From sequence record ON528717: 39,180 bases of DNA. One strand, given 5' to 3'. The position numbers and the translations under genes are program-made. The notes under the pieces were generated by a model. The model was not told where the DNA came from. It saw only the letters and a program-made list of their open reading frames with translations, and searched no databases. Positions 8,963 through 20,225 of the stretch are shown here, piece by piece. The stretch comes from Shigella phage ESh3. How positions within the stretch are numbered: the stretch's first letter is position 1; each line of letters starts with the position of its first letter.

Positions 8963-9417
8963 TGGCTCGTGTACAGTTTAAACAACGTGAATCTACTGAC
9001 GCAATCTTTGTTCACTGCTCGGCTACTAAGCCAAGTCAGAATGTAGGAGTTCGCGAGATTCGGCAGTGGCATAAAGAGCAGGGTTGGCTTGATGTAGGGT
9101 ATCACTTTATCATCAAGAGAGATGGTACTGTGGAGGAAGGCCGAGATGAGATGGCTGTAGGCTCTCACGTTAAGGGACACAACCACAACTCTATTGGCGT
9201 CTGCCTTGTAGGTGGTATCGACGATAAAGGTAAGTTTGACGCTAACTTTACGCCAGCCCAAATGCAATCCCTTCGCTCACTGCTTGTCACACTGCTGGCT
9301 AAGTACGAAGGTGCTGTGCTTCGGGCGCATCATGATGTGGCACCTAAGGCTTGCCCATCGTTCGACCTTAAGCGTTGGTGGGAGAAGAACGAACTGGTCA
9401 CTTCTGACCGTGGATAA
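8962..9417 (+). CDS. 3.5: gene 3.5 lysozyme (N-acetylmuramoyl-L-alanine amidase; inhibitor of phage RNAP)
   Basis: 151 aa MARVQFKQRESTDAIFVHCSATKPSQNVGVREIRQWHKEQGWLDVGYHFII... Confidence 0.95.
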   Translation: MARVQFKQRESTDAIFVHCSATKPSQNVGVREIRQWHKEQGWLDVGYHFIIKRDGTVEEGRDEMAVGSHVKGHNHNSIGVCLVGGIDDKGKFDANFTPAQMQSLRSLLVTLLAKYEGAVLRAHHDVAPKACPSFDLKRWWEKNELVTSDRG

Positions 9418-9418
9418 T

Positions 9419-9441
9419 TAATTAAACTCACTAAAGGGAGA
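9419..9441 (+). promoter_or_regulatory. phage RNAP class II promoter (phi3.8-type variant), here directly upstream of gene 4
   Basis: TAATTAAACTCACTAAAGGGAGA; differs from consensus at -13, -12, -11 and -2. Confidence 0.7.
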
Positions 9442-9473
9442 CCACAACGGTTTCCCTTTGTTCGCAATGTTGA

Positions 9474-11223
<1,750 letters not shown>

Positions 11224-11235
11224 AGGAGACACATC

Positions 11236-11448
11236 ATGTTCAAACTGATTAAGAAATTAGGCCAACTGCTGGTTCGCATGTACAACGTGGAAGCCAAACG
11301 ACTGAACGATGAGGCCCGTAAAGAGGCCACACAGTCACGCGCTCTGGCGATTCGCTCCAACGAACTGGCTGACAGTGCGTCCACCAAAGTTACCGAAGCT
11401 GCTCGTGTAGCGAACCAAGCTCAACAGCTTTCCAAATTCTTTGAGTAA
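11236..11448 (+). CDS. 4.3: gene 4.3, unknown function
   Basis: 70-aa ORF MFKLIKKLGQLLVRMYNVEAKRLNDEARKEATQS... Confidence 0.8.
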   Translation: MFKLIKKLGQLLVRMYNVEAKRLNDEARKEATQSRALAIRSNELADSASTKVTEAARVANQAQQLSKFFE

Positions 11449-11467
11449 TCAAACAGGAGAAACCATT

Positions 11468-11737
11468 ATGTCAAATGTAGCTGAAACTATTCGCCTATCC
11501 GATACGGCTGACCAGTGGAATCGTCGAGTCCACATCAATGTCCGCAACGGCAAGGCGACTATGGTCTATCGTTGGAAGGACTCTAAGTCCTCTAAGAATC
11601 ACACTCAGCGTATGACGTTGACAGATGAGCAAGCACTTCGTCTGGTTAATGCGCTTACCAAAGCTGCCGTGACAGCAATCCATGAGGCTGGTCGCGTCAA
11701 TGAAGCTATGGCTATCCTCGACAAGATTGATAGCTAA
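11468..11737 (+). CDS. 4.5: gene 4.5 (in T7, inhibitor of Lon-dependent toxin-antitoxin activation)
   Basis: 89 aa MSNVAETIRLSDTADQWNRRVHINVRNGKATMVYRWKDSKSSKNHTQRMTL...; RBS aggaga 7 nt upstream of ATG 11468. Confidence 0.8.
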   Translation: MSNVAETIRLSDTADQWNRRVHINVRNGKATMVYRWKDSKSSKNHTQRMTLTDEQALRLVNALTKAAVTAIHEAGRVNEAMAILDKIDS

Positions 11738-11787
11738 GAGTGGTATCCTAAAGGTCGCCCAATTGGTGGCCTTCATGAATACTATTC
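11738..11787 (+). promoter_or_regulatory. probable RNase III site R4.7
   Basis: aaaggtcgcccaattggtggccttcatgaat hairpin upstream of phi4.7. Confidence 0.4.
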
Positions 11788-11804
11788 AACTCACTATAGG
11801 AGAT
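11782..11804 (+). promoter_or_regulatory. phage RNAP promoter phi4.7 (class II, degenerate upstream half)
   Basis: CTATTCAACTCACTATAGGAGAT; -10 to +6 matches, -17 to -11 poorly conserved. Confidence 0.55.
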
Positions 11805-11810
11805 ATTATC

Positions 11811-12218
11811 ATGCGTGACCCTAAAGTTATCCAAGCAGAAATCGCTAAGTTGGAAGCTGAACTGGAGGACGTTAAGTACCATGAAGCTAAGACTCGCTCC
11901 GCTGTTCATATCTTGAAGAACTTAGGTTGGACTTGGACAAGACAGACTGGCTGGAAGAAACCAGAAGTTACCAAGATGAGCCACAAGGTGTTCGATAAGG
12001 ACACTATGACCCACATCAAGGCTGGTGATTGGGTTAAGGTTGACATGGGAGTCGTTGGTGGATATGGCTACGTCCGCTCAGTGAGTGGTAAATATGCACA
12101 AGTATCATACATCACAGGTGTTACCCCACGAGGAGCAATCGTTGCCGATAAGACCAACATGATTCACACAGGTTTCTTGACAGTTGTCTCGTATGGAGAG
12201 ATTGTTAAGTCACGATAA
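11811..12218 (+). CDS. 4.7: gene 4.7, unknown function
   Basis: 135 aa MRDPKVIQAEIAKLEAELEDVKYHEAKTRSAV... Confidence 0.85.
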   Translation: MRDPKVIQAEIAKLEAELEDVKYHEAKTRSAVHILKNLGWTWTRQTGWKKPEVTKMSHKVFDKDTMTHIKAGDWVKVDMGVVGGYGYVRSVSGKYAQVSYITGVTPRGAIVADKTNMIHTGFLTVVSYGEIVKSR

Positions 12219-12236
12219 TCAATAGGAGAAATCAAT

Positions 12237-14351
12237 ATGATCGTTTCTGACATCGAAGCTAACGCCCTCTTAGAGAGCGTCACTAAGTTCCACTGCGGGG
12301 TTATCTACGACTACTCCACCGCTGAGTACGTAAGTTACCGCCCGAGTGACTTCGGTGCGTATCTGGATGCGCTGGAAGCCGAGGTTGCACGAGGCGGTCT
12401 TATTGTGTTCCACAACGGTCACAAGTATGACGTTCCTGCATTGACCAAACTGGCAAAGCTACAATTGAACCGAGAGTTCCACCTTCCTCGTGAGAACTGT
12501 ATTGACACCCTAGTGCTGTCACGCTTGATTCACTCCAACCTAAAGGACACCGATATGGGTCTTCTGCGTTCCGGCAAGTTGCCAGGTAAACGCTTTGGGT
12601 CTCACGCTTTGGAGGCGTGGGGCTATCGCTTAGGTGAAATGAAGGGTGAATACAAAGATGACTTTAAGCGTATGCTTGAAGAGCAGGGTGAAGAATACGT
12701 TGACGGAATGGAGTGGTGGAACTTCAACGAAGAGATGATGGACTATAACGTTCAGGACGTTGTGGTCACTAAAGCTCTCCTTGAGAAGCTACTATCTGAC
12801 AAACATTACTTCCCTCCTGAGATTGACTTCACGGACGTAGGATACACTACGTTCTGGTCAGAATCCCTTGAGGCCGTTGACGTTGAACATCGTGCTGCAT
12901 GGCTGCTCGCTAAGCAAGAGCGCAATGGGTTCCCGTTTGACACGAAAGCAATCGAAGAGTTGTACGTAGAGTTAGCTGCTAGACGCTCTGAGTTACTACG
13001 TAAATTGACCGAAACGTTCGGCTCGTGGTATCAGCCTAAAGGTGGCACTGAGATGTTCTGCCATCCGCGAACAGGTAAGCCGCTACCTAAGTACCCTCGC
13101 ATTAAGACACCTAAAGTTGGTGGAATCTTTAAGAAGCCTAAGAACAAGGCACAGCGAGAAGGCCGTGAGCCTTGCGAACTGGATACCCGCGAGTACGTTG
13201 CTGGTGCTCCTTATACTCCAGTGGAGCACGTAGTGTTTAACCCTTCGTCTCGTGACCACATTCAGAAGAAACTCCAAGAGGCTGGATGGGTCCCGACCAA
13301 GTACACCGATAAGGGTGCTCCTGTGGTGGACGATGAGGTACTCGAAGGTGTTCGTGTAGATGACCCTGAGAAGCAAGCTGCTATCGACCTCATTAAAGAG
13401 TACTTGATGATTCAGAAGCGAATCGGACAGTCTGCTGAGGGAGACAAGGCATGGCTTCGTTATGTTGCTGAGGACGGTAAGATTCATGGTTCTGTTAACC
13501 CTAATGGGGCGGTTACTGGGCGTGCGACTCATGCGTTCCCCAACCTTGCGCAAATTCCGGGTGTACGTTCTCCTTATGGAGAGCAGTGTCGTGCTGCTTT
13601 TGGTGCTGAGCACCATTTGGATGGGATAACTGGTAAGCCTTGGGTTCAGGCTGGTATAGACGCCTCAGGTCTGGAGTTGCGCTGCTTGGCCCACTTCATG
13701 GCTCGCTTTGATAACGGTGAGTATGCTCACGAGATTCTTAATGGTGACATCCACACGAAGAACCAGATGGCTGCTGAATTACCTACCCGTGATAACGCTA
13801 AGACGTTCATTTATGGGTTCCTTTATGGTGCTGGTGACGAGAAGATTGGGCAGATTGTTGGTGCTGGTAAAGAGCGCGGTAAGGAACTCAAGAAGAAATT
13901 CCTTGAGAACACCCCTGCGATTGCAGCACTCCGCGAATCTATCCAACAGACACTTGTCGAGTCCTCTCAGTGGGTGGCTGGCGAACAGCGAGTCAAATGG
14001 AAACGCCGTTGGATTAAAGGTCTGGATGGTCGTAAAGTACACGTTCGTAGTCCTCACGCTGCCTTGAATACCCTACTGCAATCTGCTGGTGCCCTCATCT
14101 GCAAACTGTGGATTATCAAGACCGAAGAGATGCTTGTAGAGAAAGGCTTGAAGCATGGCTGGGACGGTGACTTTGCGTACATGGCATGGGTACACGATGA
14201 AATCCAAGTAGGTTGCCGTACCGAAGAGATTGCTCAGGCGGTCATTGAGACCGCACAAGAGGCGATGCGCTGGGTTGGAGACCACTGGAACTTCCGGTGC
14301 CTTCTGGATACCGAAGGTAAGATGGGTCCTAATTGGGCCGTATGTCACTGA
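12237..14351 (+). CDS. 5: gene 5 DNA polymerase (family A, with 3'-5' exonuclease and thioredoxin-binding domain)
   Basis: 704 aa [36 protein letters not shown]...; same length as T7 DNAP. Confidence 0.98.
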   Translation: MIVSDIEANALLESVTKFHCGVIYDYSTAEYVSYRPSDFGAYLDALEAEVARGGLIVFHNGHKYDVPALTKLAKLQLNREFHLPRENCIDTLVLSRLIHSNLKDTDMGLLRSGKLPGKRFGSHALEAWGYRLGEMKGEYKDDFKRMLEEQGEEYVDGMEWWNFNEEMMDYNVQDVVVTKALLEKLLSDKHYFPPEIDFTDVGYTTFWSESLEAVDVEHRAAWLLAKQERNGFPFDTKAIEELYVELAARRSELLRKLTETFGSWYQPKGGTEMFCHPRTGKPLPKYPRIKTPKVGGIFKKPKNKAQREGREPCELDTREYVAGAPYTPVEHVVFNPSSRDHIQKKLQEAGWVPTKYTDKGAPVVDDEVLEGVRVDDPEKQAAIDLIKEYLMIQKRIGQSAEGDKAWLRYVAEDGKIHGSVNPNGAVTGRATHAFPNLAQIPGVRSPYGEQCRAAFGAEHHLDGITGKPWVQAGIDASGLELRCLAHFMARFDNGEYAHEILNGDIHTKNQMAAELPTRDNAKTFIYGFLYGAGDEKIGQIVGAGKERGKELKKKFLENTPAIAALRESIQQTLVESSQWVAGEQRVKWKRRWIKGLDGRKVHVRSPHAALNTLLQSAGALICKLWIIKTEEMLVEKGLKHGWDGDFAYMAWVHDEIQVGCRTEEIAQAVIETAQEAMRWVGDHWNFRCLLDTEGKMGPNWAVCH

Positions 14352-14370
14352 TTCTATAGGAGAAATTATT

Positions 14371-14670
14371 ATGGCTATGACAAAGAAATTTAAAGTGTCC
14401 TTCGACGTTACCGCCAAGATGTCGTCTGACGTTCAGGCAATCTTGGAGAAAGATATGCTGCATTTGTGCAAGCAGGTAGGCTCAGGTGCGATTGTTCCCA
14501 ATGGCAAACAGAAGGAAATGATTGTCCAGTTCCTGACACATGGTATGGAAGGCCTGATGACATTCGTAGTACGGACAGCATTTCGTGAGGCCATCAAGGA
14601 CATGCACGAAGAGTATTCCGATAAGGATTCTTTCAAACTCTCTCCCGCGACTGTACGGGAGGTGTTCTAA
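14371..14670 (+). CDS. 5.5: gene 5.5 (in T7, H-NS-binding protein)
   Basis: 99 aa MAMTKKFKVSFDVTAKMSSDVQAILEKDMLHLCKQVGSGAIVPNGKQKEMIVQF... Confidence 0.9.
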   Translation: MAMTKKFKVSFDVTAKMSSDVQAILEKDMLHLCKQVGSGAIVPNGKQKEMIVQFLTHGMEGLMTFVVRTAFREAIKDMHEEYSDKDSFKLSPATVREVF

Positions 14671-14786
14671 TGACTATCCGACGTATCAAGAATAAAAAGG
14701 AGTGCGACCACTCTTTCATAGTCAAGGGGGTCGTTGGTTTTTGCTGCCGAGAGTGTATCAAATGCGGATATTTTGAGGTGATGTGA
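14670..14786 (+). CDS. 38-codon Cys-rich micro-ORF (candidate zinc-ribbon peptide), coupled between 5.5 and 5.7
   Basis: MTIRRIKNKKECDHSFIVKGVVGFCCRECIKCGYFEVM; ATG overlaps 5.5 stop (TAATG) and its stop overlaps 5.7 start (TGATG). Confidence 0.5.
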   Translation: MTIRRIKNKKECDHSFIVKGVVGFCCRECIKCGYFEVM

Positions 14787-14995
14787 TGAGTGAATATCTT
14801 AAAGTGCTGCAAGCAATCAAAAGTTGCCCTAAGACTTTCCAGTCCAACTATGTACGGAACAATGCGAGCCTCGTAGCTGAGGCCGCTTCCCGTGGCCACA
14901 TCTCATGTCTGACTACGAGTGGACGTAACGGTGGCGCTTGGGAAATCACTGCTTCCGGTACTCGCTTTCTGAAACGAATGGGAGGGTGTGTCTGA
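14786..14995 (+). CDS. 5.7: gene 5.7 (in T7, inhibitor of sigmaS-RNA polymerase)
   Basis: 69 aa MSEYLKVLQAIKSCPKTFQSNYVRNNASLVAEAASRGHISCLTTSGRNGGAWEITASGTRFLKRMGGCV. Confidence 0.85.
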   Translation: MSEYLKVLQAIKSCPKTFQSNYVRNNASLVAEAASRGHISCLTTSGRNGGAWEITASGTRFLKRMGGCV

Positions 14996-15153
14996 TGATA
15001 CGTGACACTGTAACAATTCCTCGTGATGCGTGGAACGATATGCAGGGCTACATCGACTCTCTGGAGCGTGAGAACGATAGCCTTAAGAATCAACTGATGG
15101 AAGCTGACGAATACGTAGCGGAACTAGAGGAGAAACTTAATGGCACTTCTTGA
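14995..15153 (+). CDS. 5.9: gene 5.9 RecBCD nuclease inhibitor
   Basis: 52 aa MIRDTVTIPRDAWNDMQGYIDSLERENDSLKNQLMEADEYVAELEEKLNGTS; start overlaps 5.7 stop (TGATG). Confidence 0.85.
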   Translation: MIRDTVTIPRDAWNDMQGYIDSLERENDSLKNQLMEADEYVAELEEKLNGTS

Positions 15154-16042
15154 CCTTAAACAATTCTACGAGTTACGTGAAGGCTGTGACGACAAGGGTA
15201 TCCTAGTGATGGACGGTGACTGGCTTGTCTTCCAAGCGATGAGTGCTGCTGAGTTTGATGCCTCATGGGAGGAAGAGATTTGGCACCGCTGCTGTGACCA
15301 CGCTAAGGCCCGTCAGATTCTTGAGGATTCCATTAAGTCCTATGAGACCCGTAAGAAGGCTTGGGTAGGTGCTCCGATTGTCCTTGCGTTCACCGATAGT
15401 GTTAACTGGCGTAAAGAACTGGTGGACCCGAACTACAAGGCTAACCGTAAGGCCACTAAGAAACCTGTAGGTTACTTTGAGTTCCTTGATGCTCTCTTTG
15501 AGCGAGAAGAGTTCTACTGCATCCGTGAGCCTATGCTTGAGGGTGATGACGTTATGGGAGTAATTGCTTCCAATCCGTCTGCCTTTGGTGCTCGTAAGGC
15601 GGTAATCATCTCGTGTGATAAGGACTTTAAGACCATCCCTAACTGTGACTTCCTGTGGTGTACCACTGGTAACATCCTAACTCAGACCGAAGAGTCCGCT
15701 GACTGGTGGCACCTCTTCCAGACCATCAAGGGTGACATCACCGATGGGTACTCTGGGATTGCTGGGTGGGGTGATACTGCTGAGGACTTCTTGAATAACC
15801 CGTTCATAACCGAGCCTAAAACGTCTGTGCTTAAGTCTGGGAAGAACAAAGGCCAAGAGGTTACAAAGTGGGTTAAACGTGCTCCTGAGCCTCATGAGAC
15901 GCTCTGGGACTGCATTAAGTCCATCGGTGCGAAGGCTGGTATGACCGAAGAGGATGTTATCAAGCAGGGTCAGATGGCTCGCATCCTGCGGTTCAACGAG
16001 TACAACTTTATTGACAAGGAGATTTACCTATGGAGACCTTAG
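15140..16042 (+). CDS. 6: gene 6 5'-3' exonuclease
   Basis: 300 aa MALLDLKQFYELREGCDDKGILVMDGDWLVFQAM... Confidence 0.95.
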   Translation: MALLDLKQFYELREGCDDKGILVMDGDWLVFQAMSAAEFDASWEEEIWHRCCDHAKARQILEDSIKSYETRKKAWVGAPIVLAFTDSVNWRKELVDPNYKANRKATKKPVGYFEFLDALFEREEFYCIREPMLEGDDVMGVIASNPSAFGARKAVIISCDKDFKTIPNCDFLWCTTGNILTQTEESADWWHLFQTIKGDITDGYSGIAGWGDTAEDFLNNPFITEPKTSVLKSGKNKGQEVTKWVKRAPEPHETLWDCIKSIGAKAGMTEEDVIKQGQMARILRFNEYNFIDKEIYLWRP

Positions 16043-16143
16043 AGTGGCTGGGTATTACTATTGGTGTTCTCGGAATGTGCATAATTGCGCTGGGCCTTTG
16101 GGACTTAGCCTTAGTAATCAAGTCGTTACAAGACAATAAGTGA
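16030..16143 (+). CDS. 6.3: gene 6.3, 37-aa hydrophobic peptide
   Basis: METLEWLGITIGVLGMCIIALGLWDLALVIKSLQDNK, overlaps gene 6 stop. Confidence 0.6.
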   Translation: METLEWLGITIGVLGMCIIALGLWDLALVIKSLQDNK

Positions 16144-16145
16144 TA

Positions 16146-16212
16146 AACTCAAGGTCCCTAAATTAATACGACTCACTATAGGGAGATAGGGGCCTTTATG
16201 ATTATTACTTTA
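16146..16212 (+). promoter_or_regulatory. RNase III site R6.5 (encloses phi6.5)
   Basis: ctcaaggtccctaaatt...ggggcctttatgattattact flanking the promoter. Confidence 0.5.
16164..16186 (+). promoter_or_regulatory. phage RNAP promoter phi6.5 (class III, consensus)
   Basis: TAATACGACTCACTATAGGGAGA exact. Confidence 0.9.
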
Positions 16213-16240
16213 AGATTTAACTCTAAGAGGAATCTTTATC

Positions 16241-16495
16241 ATGTTAACACCTATTAACCATTTACTTAAGAACCCTAACGATATTCCAGATGTACCTCGT
16301 GCAACCGCTGAGTATCTACAGGTTCGATTCAATTATGCGTACCTCGAAGCGTCTGGTCATATAGGACTTATGCGTGCTAATGGCTGTAGTGAAGCCCACA
16401 TCTTGGGTTTCATTCAGGGCCTACAGTATGCCTCTAACGTCATTGACGAGATTGAGCTACGCAAGGAACAACTAAGAGATGATGGGGAGGATTGA
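16241..16495 (+). CDS. 6.5: gene 6.5, unknown function
   Basis: 84-aa [33 protein letters not shown]... Confidence 0.8.
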   Translation: MLTPINHLLKNPNDIPDVPRATAEYLQVRFNYAYLEASGHIGLMRANGCSEAHILGFIQGLQYASNVIDEIELRKEQLRDDGED

Positions 16496-16499
16496 CCTT

Positions 16500-16766
16500 A
16501 TGTGTTTCTCACCGAAAGTTAAAGTTCCGAAGATGGATACCAATCAGATTCGAGCCGTTGAGCCAGCGCCCCTGACCCAAGAAGTGTCAAGCGTAGAGTT
16601 CGGTGGGTCTTCTGATGAGACGGATACCGAAGGCACCGAAGTGTCTGGACGCAAAGACCTCAAGGTCGAACGCGATGATTCCGTAGCGAAGTCTAAAGCC
16701 AACGGCACTGGCTCCGCTCGTATGAAGTCTTCAATCCGTAAGTCTGCATTTGGAGGCAAGAAGTGA
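16500..16766 (+). CDS. 6.7: gene 6.7, small virion/ejected protein
   Basis: 88 aa MCFSPKVKVPKMDTNQIRAVEPAPLTQEVSSVEFGGSSDETD...; track ORF begins earlier at 16479. Confidence 0.8.
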   Translation: MCFSPKVKVPKMDTNQIRAVEPAPLTQEVSSVEFGGSSDETDTEGTEVSGRKDLKVERDDSVAKSKANGTGSARMKSSIRKSAFGGKK

Positions 16767-17167
16767 TGTCTGAGTTCACATGTGTGGAAGCTGAGAGTCG
16801 CTTCCGTGCAATCCGGTGGACTGTGGAACACCTTGGGTTGCCTAAGGGATTTGAAGGACACTTTGTGGGCTACAGCCTCTACGTAGACGAAGTGATGGAC
16901 ATGTCTGGTTGCCGTGAAGAGTACATTCTTGACTCTACAGGAAAACATGTAGCGTACTTCGCGTGGTGCGTAAGCTGTGACATTCACCATAAGGGAGACA
17001 TTCTGGACGTTACGTCCGTTGTTATTAATCCTGAGGCAGACTCTAAGGGCTTACAGCGATTCATGGCGAAACGCTTTAAGAACCTTGCAGAACTCCATGA
17101 TTGCAATTGGGTGTCCCGCTGTAAACATGAAGGCGAGACAATGCGTGTATACTTTAAGGAGGTATAA
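16766..17167 (+). CDS. 7: gene 7, virion protein
   Basis: 133 aa MSEFTCVEAESRFRAIRWTVEHLGLPKGFEGHF...; ATG overlaps 6.7 stop. Confidence 0.85.
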   Translation: MSEFTCVEAESRFRAIRWTVEHLGLPKGFEGHFVGYSLYVDEVMDMSGCREEYILDSTGKHVAYFAWCVSCDIHHKGDILDVTSVVINPEADSKGLQRFMAKRFKNLAELHDCNWVSRCKHEGETMRVYFKEV

Positions 17168-17170
17168 GTT

Positions 17171-17491
17171 ATGGGTAAGAAAATCAAGAAGGCCGTGAAG
17201 AAAGTCACCAAGCCAATTACGAAAGCCGTGAAGAAAGTTACCAAGGAAGTGGCCCGTCCGGTTAAACAGGTTGCTGGTGCGCTGGCTGGTGGAGCTGGTG
17301 AAGCACAGGTAGTGGAAGTACCACAACCAACGGCTGCTGCAACCCCTGCTGCACAGATTGTGGACGTACCTGAGAAAGAGGTTTCCACTGAGGACGAAGC
17401 ACAGACAGAAAGCGGACGCCGAAAAGCTCGTGCTGGTGGTAAGAAGTCCTTGAGTGTAGCCCGTAGCTCCGGTGGCGGCATCAATATTTAA
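17171..17491 (+). CDS. 7.3: gene 7.3, tail assembly / ejected protein
   Basis: 106 aa MGKKIKKAVKKVTKPITKAVKKVTKEVARPVKQVAG..., Lys-rich repeats. Confidence 0.85.
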   Translation: MGKKIKKAVKKVTKPITKAVKKVTKEVARPVKQVAGALAGGAGEAQVVEVPQPTAAATPAAQIVDVPEKEVSTEDEAQTESGRRKARAGGKKSLSVARSSGGGINI

Positions 17492-17505
17492 ACAGGAGGT
17501 GACAC

Positions 17506-19116
17506 ATGGCTGAGAAGCGTACAGGTCTAGCCGAGGAAGGAGCAAAGTCGGTTTATGAGCGATTAAAGAACGACCGCGCTCCTTATGAGACTCGTGCTCA
17601 AAACTGCGCTCAGTACACCATTCCGTCCCTCTTCCCTAAGGACTCCGATAACTCATCCACAGACTACACAACTCCGTGGCAAGCTGTGGGTGCCCGTGGT
17701 CTCAATAACTTAGCCTCTAAGCTCATGCTGGCTCTATTCCCGATGCAAACGTGGATGAAGCTGACCATCTCTGAGTTCGAGGCTAAACAGTTACTGAATG
17801 ACCCCGATGGACTCGCTAAGGTAGATGAGGGTCTCTCAATGGTAGAGCGTATCATCATGAACTACATTGAGTCGAACAGCTACCGAGTGACTCTCTTTGA
17901 GGCTCTCAAGCAGTTAGTCGTAGCAGGTAACGTCCTGCTGTACCTACCGGAACCAGAAGGGTCAAACTACAATCCCATGAAGCTGTACCGATTGTCTTCT
18001 TATGTGGTCCAACGAGACGCATTCGGCAACGTTCTGCAAATGGTGACTCGTGACCAGATAGCTTTTGGTGCTCTCCCTGAGGACATCCGTAAGGCTGTAG
18101 AAGGTCAAGGCGGTGAGAAGAAAGCTGATGAGACCGTCGATGTGTACACTCACGTCTATCTGGATGAGGACTCAGGTGAATACCTCCGATACGAAGAGGT
18201 TGAGGGAATGGAAGTACAAGGCTCCGATGGGACTTACCCTAAAGAGGCTTGCCCATACATCCCGATTCGAATGGTTCGGCTCGACGGTGAATCCTACGGT
18301 CGTTCGTACATTGAGGAATACTTAGGTGACTTACGGTCCCTTGAGAATCTACAAGAGGCCATCGTCAAGATGTCCATGATTAGCTCTAAGGTTATCGGCT
18401 TAGTGAATCCTGCTGGTATCACCCAGCCACGCCGACTGACCAAAGCCCAGACTGGTGACTTCGTTACTGGTCGTCCAGAAGACATCTCGTTCCTCCAACT
18501 GGAGAAGCAAGCGGACTTTACTGTAGCCAAGGCTGTCAGTGACGCTATTGAGGCGCGCCTTTCGTTTGCCTTTATGTTGAACTCTGCGGTTCAGCGCACA
18601 GGTGAACGTGTGACCGCCGAAGAGATTCGGTATGTAGCTTCTGAACTTGAAGATACTTTAGGTGGTGTCTACTCTATCCTTTCTCAAGAATTACAATTGC
18701 CTCTGGTACGAGTGCTCTTGAAGCAACTACAAGCCACGCAACAGATTCCTGAGTTACCTAAGGAAGCCGTAGAGCCAACCATTAGTACAGGTCTGGAAGC
18801 AATCGGTCGAGGCCAAGACCTTGATAAGCTGGAACGCTGTGTCACTGCGTGGGCTGCTCTAGCTCCTATGCGTGATGACCCTGACATCAACCTTGCGATG
18901 ATTAAGTTGCGCATTGCGAACGCTATTGGTATTGACACTTCTGGTATTCTACTCACCGAAGAACAGAAGCAACAGAAGATGGCCCAACAGTCTATGCAAA
19001 TGGGTATGGATAATGGTGCTGCTGCACTGGCCCAAGGTATGGCTGCACAAGCTACAGCTTCACCTGAGGCTATGGCTGCTGCCGCTGATTCCGTAGGTTT
19101 ACAGCCGGGCATTTAA
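17506..19116 (+). CDS. 8: gene 8 portal (head-tail connector) protein
   Basis: 536 aa MAEKRTGLAEEGAKSVYERLKNDRAPYETRAQNCAQYTIPSLFP... Confidence 0.97.
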   Translation: MAEKRTGLAEEGAKSVYERLKNDRAPYETRAQNCAQYTIPSLFPKDSDNSSTDYTTPWQAVGARGLNNLASKLMLALFPMQTWMKLTISEFEAKQLLNDPDGLAKVDEGLSMVERIIMNYIESNSYRVTLFEALKQLVVAGNVLLYLPEPEGSNYNPMKLYRLSSYVVQRDAFGNVLQMVTRDQIAFGALPEDIRKAVEGQGGEKKADETVDVYTHVYLDEDSGEYLRYEEVEGMEVQGSDGTYPKEACPYIPIRMVRLDGESYGRSYIEEYLGDLRSLENLQEAIVKMSMISSKVIGLVNPAGITQPRRLTKAQTGDFVTGRPEDISFLQLEKQADFTVAKAVSDAIEARLSFAFMLNSAVQRTGERVTAEEIRYVASELEDTLGGVYSILSQELQLPLVRVLLKQLQATQQIPELPKEAVEPTISTGLEAIGRGQDLDKLERCVTAWAALAPMRDDPDINLAMIKLRIANAIGIDTSGILLTEEQKQQKMAQQSMQMGMDNGAAALAQGMAAQATASPEAMAAAADSVGLQPGI

Positions 19117-19136
19117 TACGACTCACTATAGGGAGA
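19114..19136 (+). promoter_or_regulatory. phage RNAP promoter phi9 (class III)
   Basis: TAATACGACTCACTATAGGGAGA exact. Confidence 0.9.
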
Positions 19137-19215
19137 CCTCATCTTTGAAATGAGCGATGACAAGAGGTTGGAGTCCTCGGTCTTCCAATAGTTCAACTTT
19201 AAGGAGACAATAATA

Positions 19216-20130
19216 ATGGCTGAATCTAATGCAGACGTATATGCATCTTTTGGCGTGAACTCCGCTGTGATGTCTGGTGGTTCCGTTGAGGAACATGAAC
19301 AGAACATGCTGGCTCTTGATGTTGCTGCCCGTGATGGCGATGATGCAATCGAGTTAGCGCCCGACGAAGTGGAAACAGAACGAGACCTGTATGACAACTC
19401 TGACCCATTCGGTCAAGAGGATGATGAGGGTCGCATTCAGGTTCGTATTGGTGATGGCTCTGAGCCGACCGATGTTGACACTGGGGAAGAAGGCGTTGAG
19501 GGTTCCGAAGAGTTTACCCCACTGGGTGAGACTCCAGAAGAACTGGTAGCTGCCTCTGAGCAACTTGGTGAGCACGAAGAGGGCTTCCAAGAGATGATTA
19601 ACATTGCTGCCGAGCGTGGCATGAGCGTCGAGACCATCGAGGCCATCCAGCGTGAGTACGAGGAGAACGAAGAGTTATCCGCTGAGTCCTACGCTAAGCT
19701 GGCTGAAATTGGTTACACGAAGGCTTTCATCGACTCGTACATTCGCGGTCAAGAAGCTCTGGTGGAGCAGTACGTAAACAGTGTCATTGAGTATGCTGGT
19801 GGTCGTGAGAGTTTTGACGCACTGTATAATCACCTTGAGACGCACAACCCTGAGGCTGCACAGTCGCTGGACAATGCGTTGACCAATCGTGACTTAGCGA
19901 CCGTTAAGGCTATCATCAACTTGGCTGGTGAGTCTCGCGCTAAGGCGTTTGGCCGTAAACCAACTCGTAGCGTGACAAATCGTGCTATTCCGGCTAAACC
20001 TCAAGCTACCAAGCGTGAAGGCTTTGCGGACCGTAGCGAGATGATTAAAGCTATGAGTGACCCACGGTATCGCACAGATGCCAACTATCGTCGTCAAGTC
20101 GAACAGAAAGTAATCGACTCGAACTTCTGA
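19216..20130 (+). CDS. 9: gene 9 capsid assembly (scaffolding) protein
   Basis: 304 aa, highly acidic, MAESNADVYASFGVNSAVMSGGSVEEHEQNMLALDVAARDGDDAIEL... Confidence 0.95.
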   Translation: MAESNADVYASFGVNSAVMSGGSVEEHEQNMLALDVAARDGDDAIELAPDEVETERDLYDNSDPFGQEDDEGRIQVRIGDGSEPTDVDTGEEGVEGSEEFTPLGETPEELVAASEQLGEHEEGFQEMINIAAERGMSVETIEAIQREYEENEELSAESYAKLAEIGYTKAFIDSYIRGQEALVEQYVNSVIEYAGGRESFDALYNHLETHNPEAAQSLDNALTNRDLATVKAIINLAGESRAKAFGRKPTRSVTNRAIPAKPQATKREGFADRSEMIKAMSDPRYRTDANYRRQVEQKVIDSNF

Positions 20131-20143
20131 TAGACTCTGAAAT

Positions 20144-20166
20144 TAATACGACTCACTATAGGGAGA
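20144..20166 (+). promoter_or_regulatory. phage RNAP promoter phi10 (class III) followed by the gene 10 translation leader
   Basis: TAATACGACTCACTATAGGGAGACCACAACGGGTTTCCCTCTAGAAA...TTTAACTTTAAGAAGGAGA. Confidence 0.92.
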
Positions 20167-20225
20167 CCACAACGGGTTTCCCTCTAGAAATCATTATTGT
20201 TTAACTTTAAGAAGGAGACATACAT

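Noticed and set aside
13708-14067. Alternative-frame + strand ORFs inside large genes (for example 13708-14067 in gene 5, 2583-2801 in gene 1, 22606-22797 and 22912-23172 in gene 12, 28368-28685 in gene 16, 35464-35652 in gene 19)
   Set aside because: No RBS or promoter, embedded in highly conserved coding sequence; treated as chance ORFs. Exceptions kept as features are 18.7 within 18.5 and, at low confidence, the 4.2-like ORF and 0.6B.
14351-14371. Sequence attctataggagaaatt after gene 5 resembling the 3' half of a phage promoter (ctatagg aga)
   Set aside because: It lacks the -17 to -8 specificity region (TAATACGACTC), so it is more likely just the gene 5.5 ribosome-binding site.
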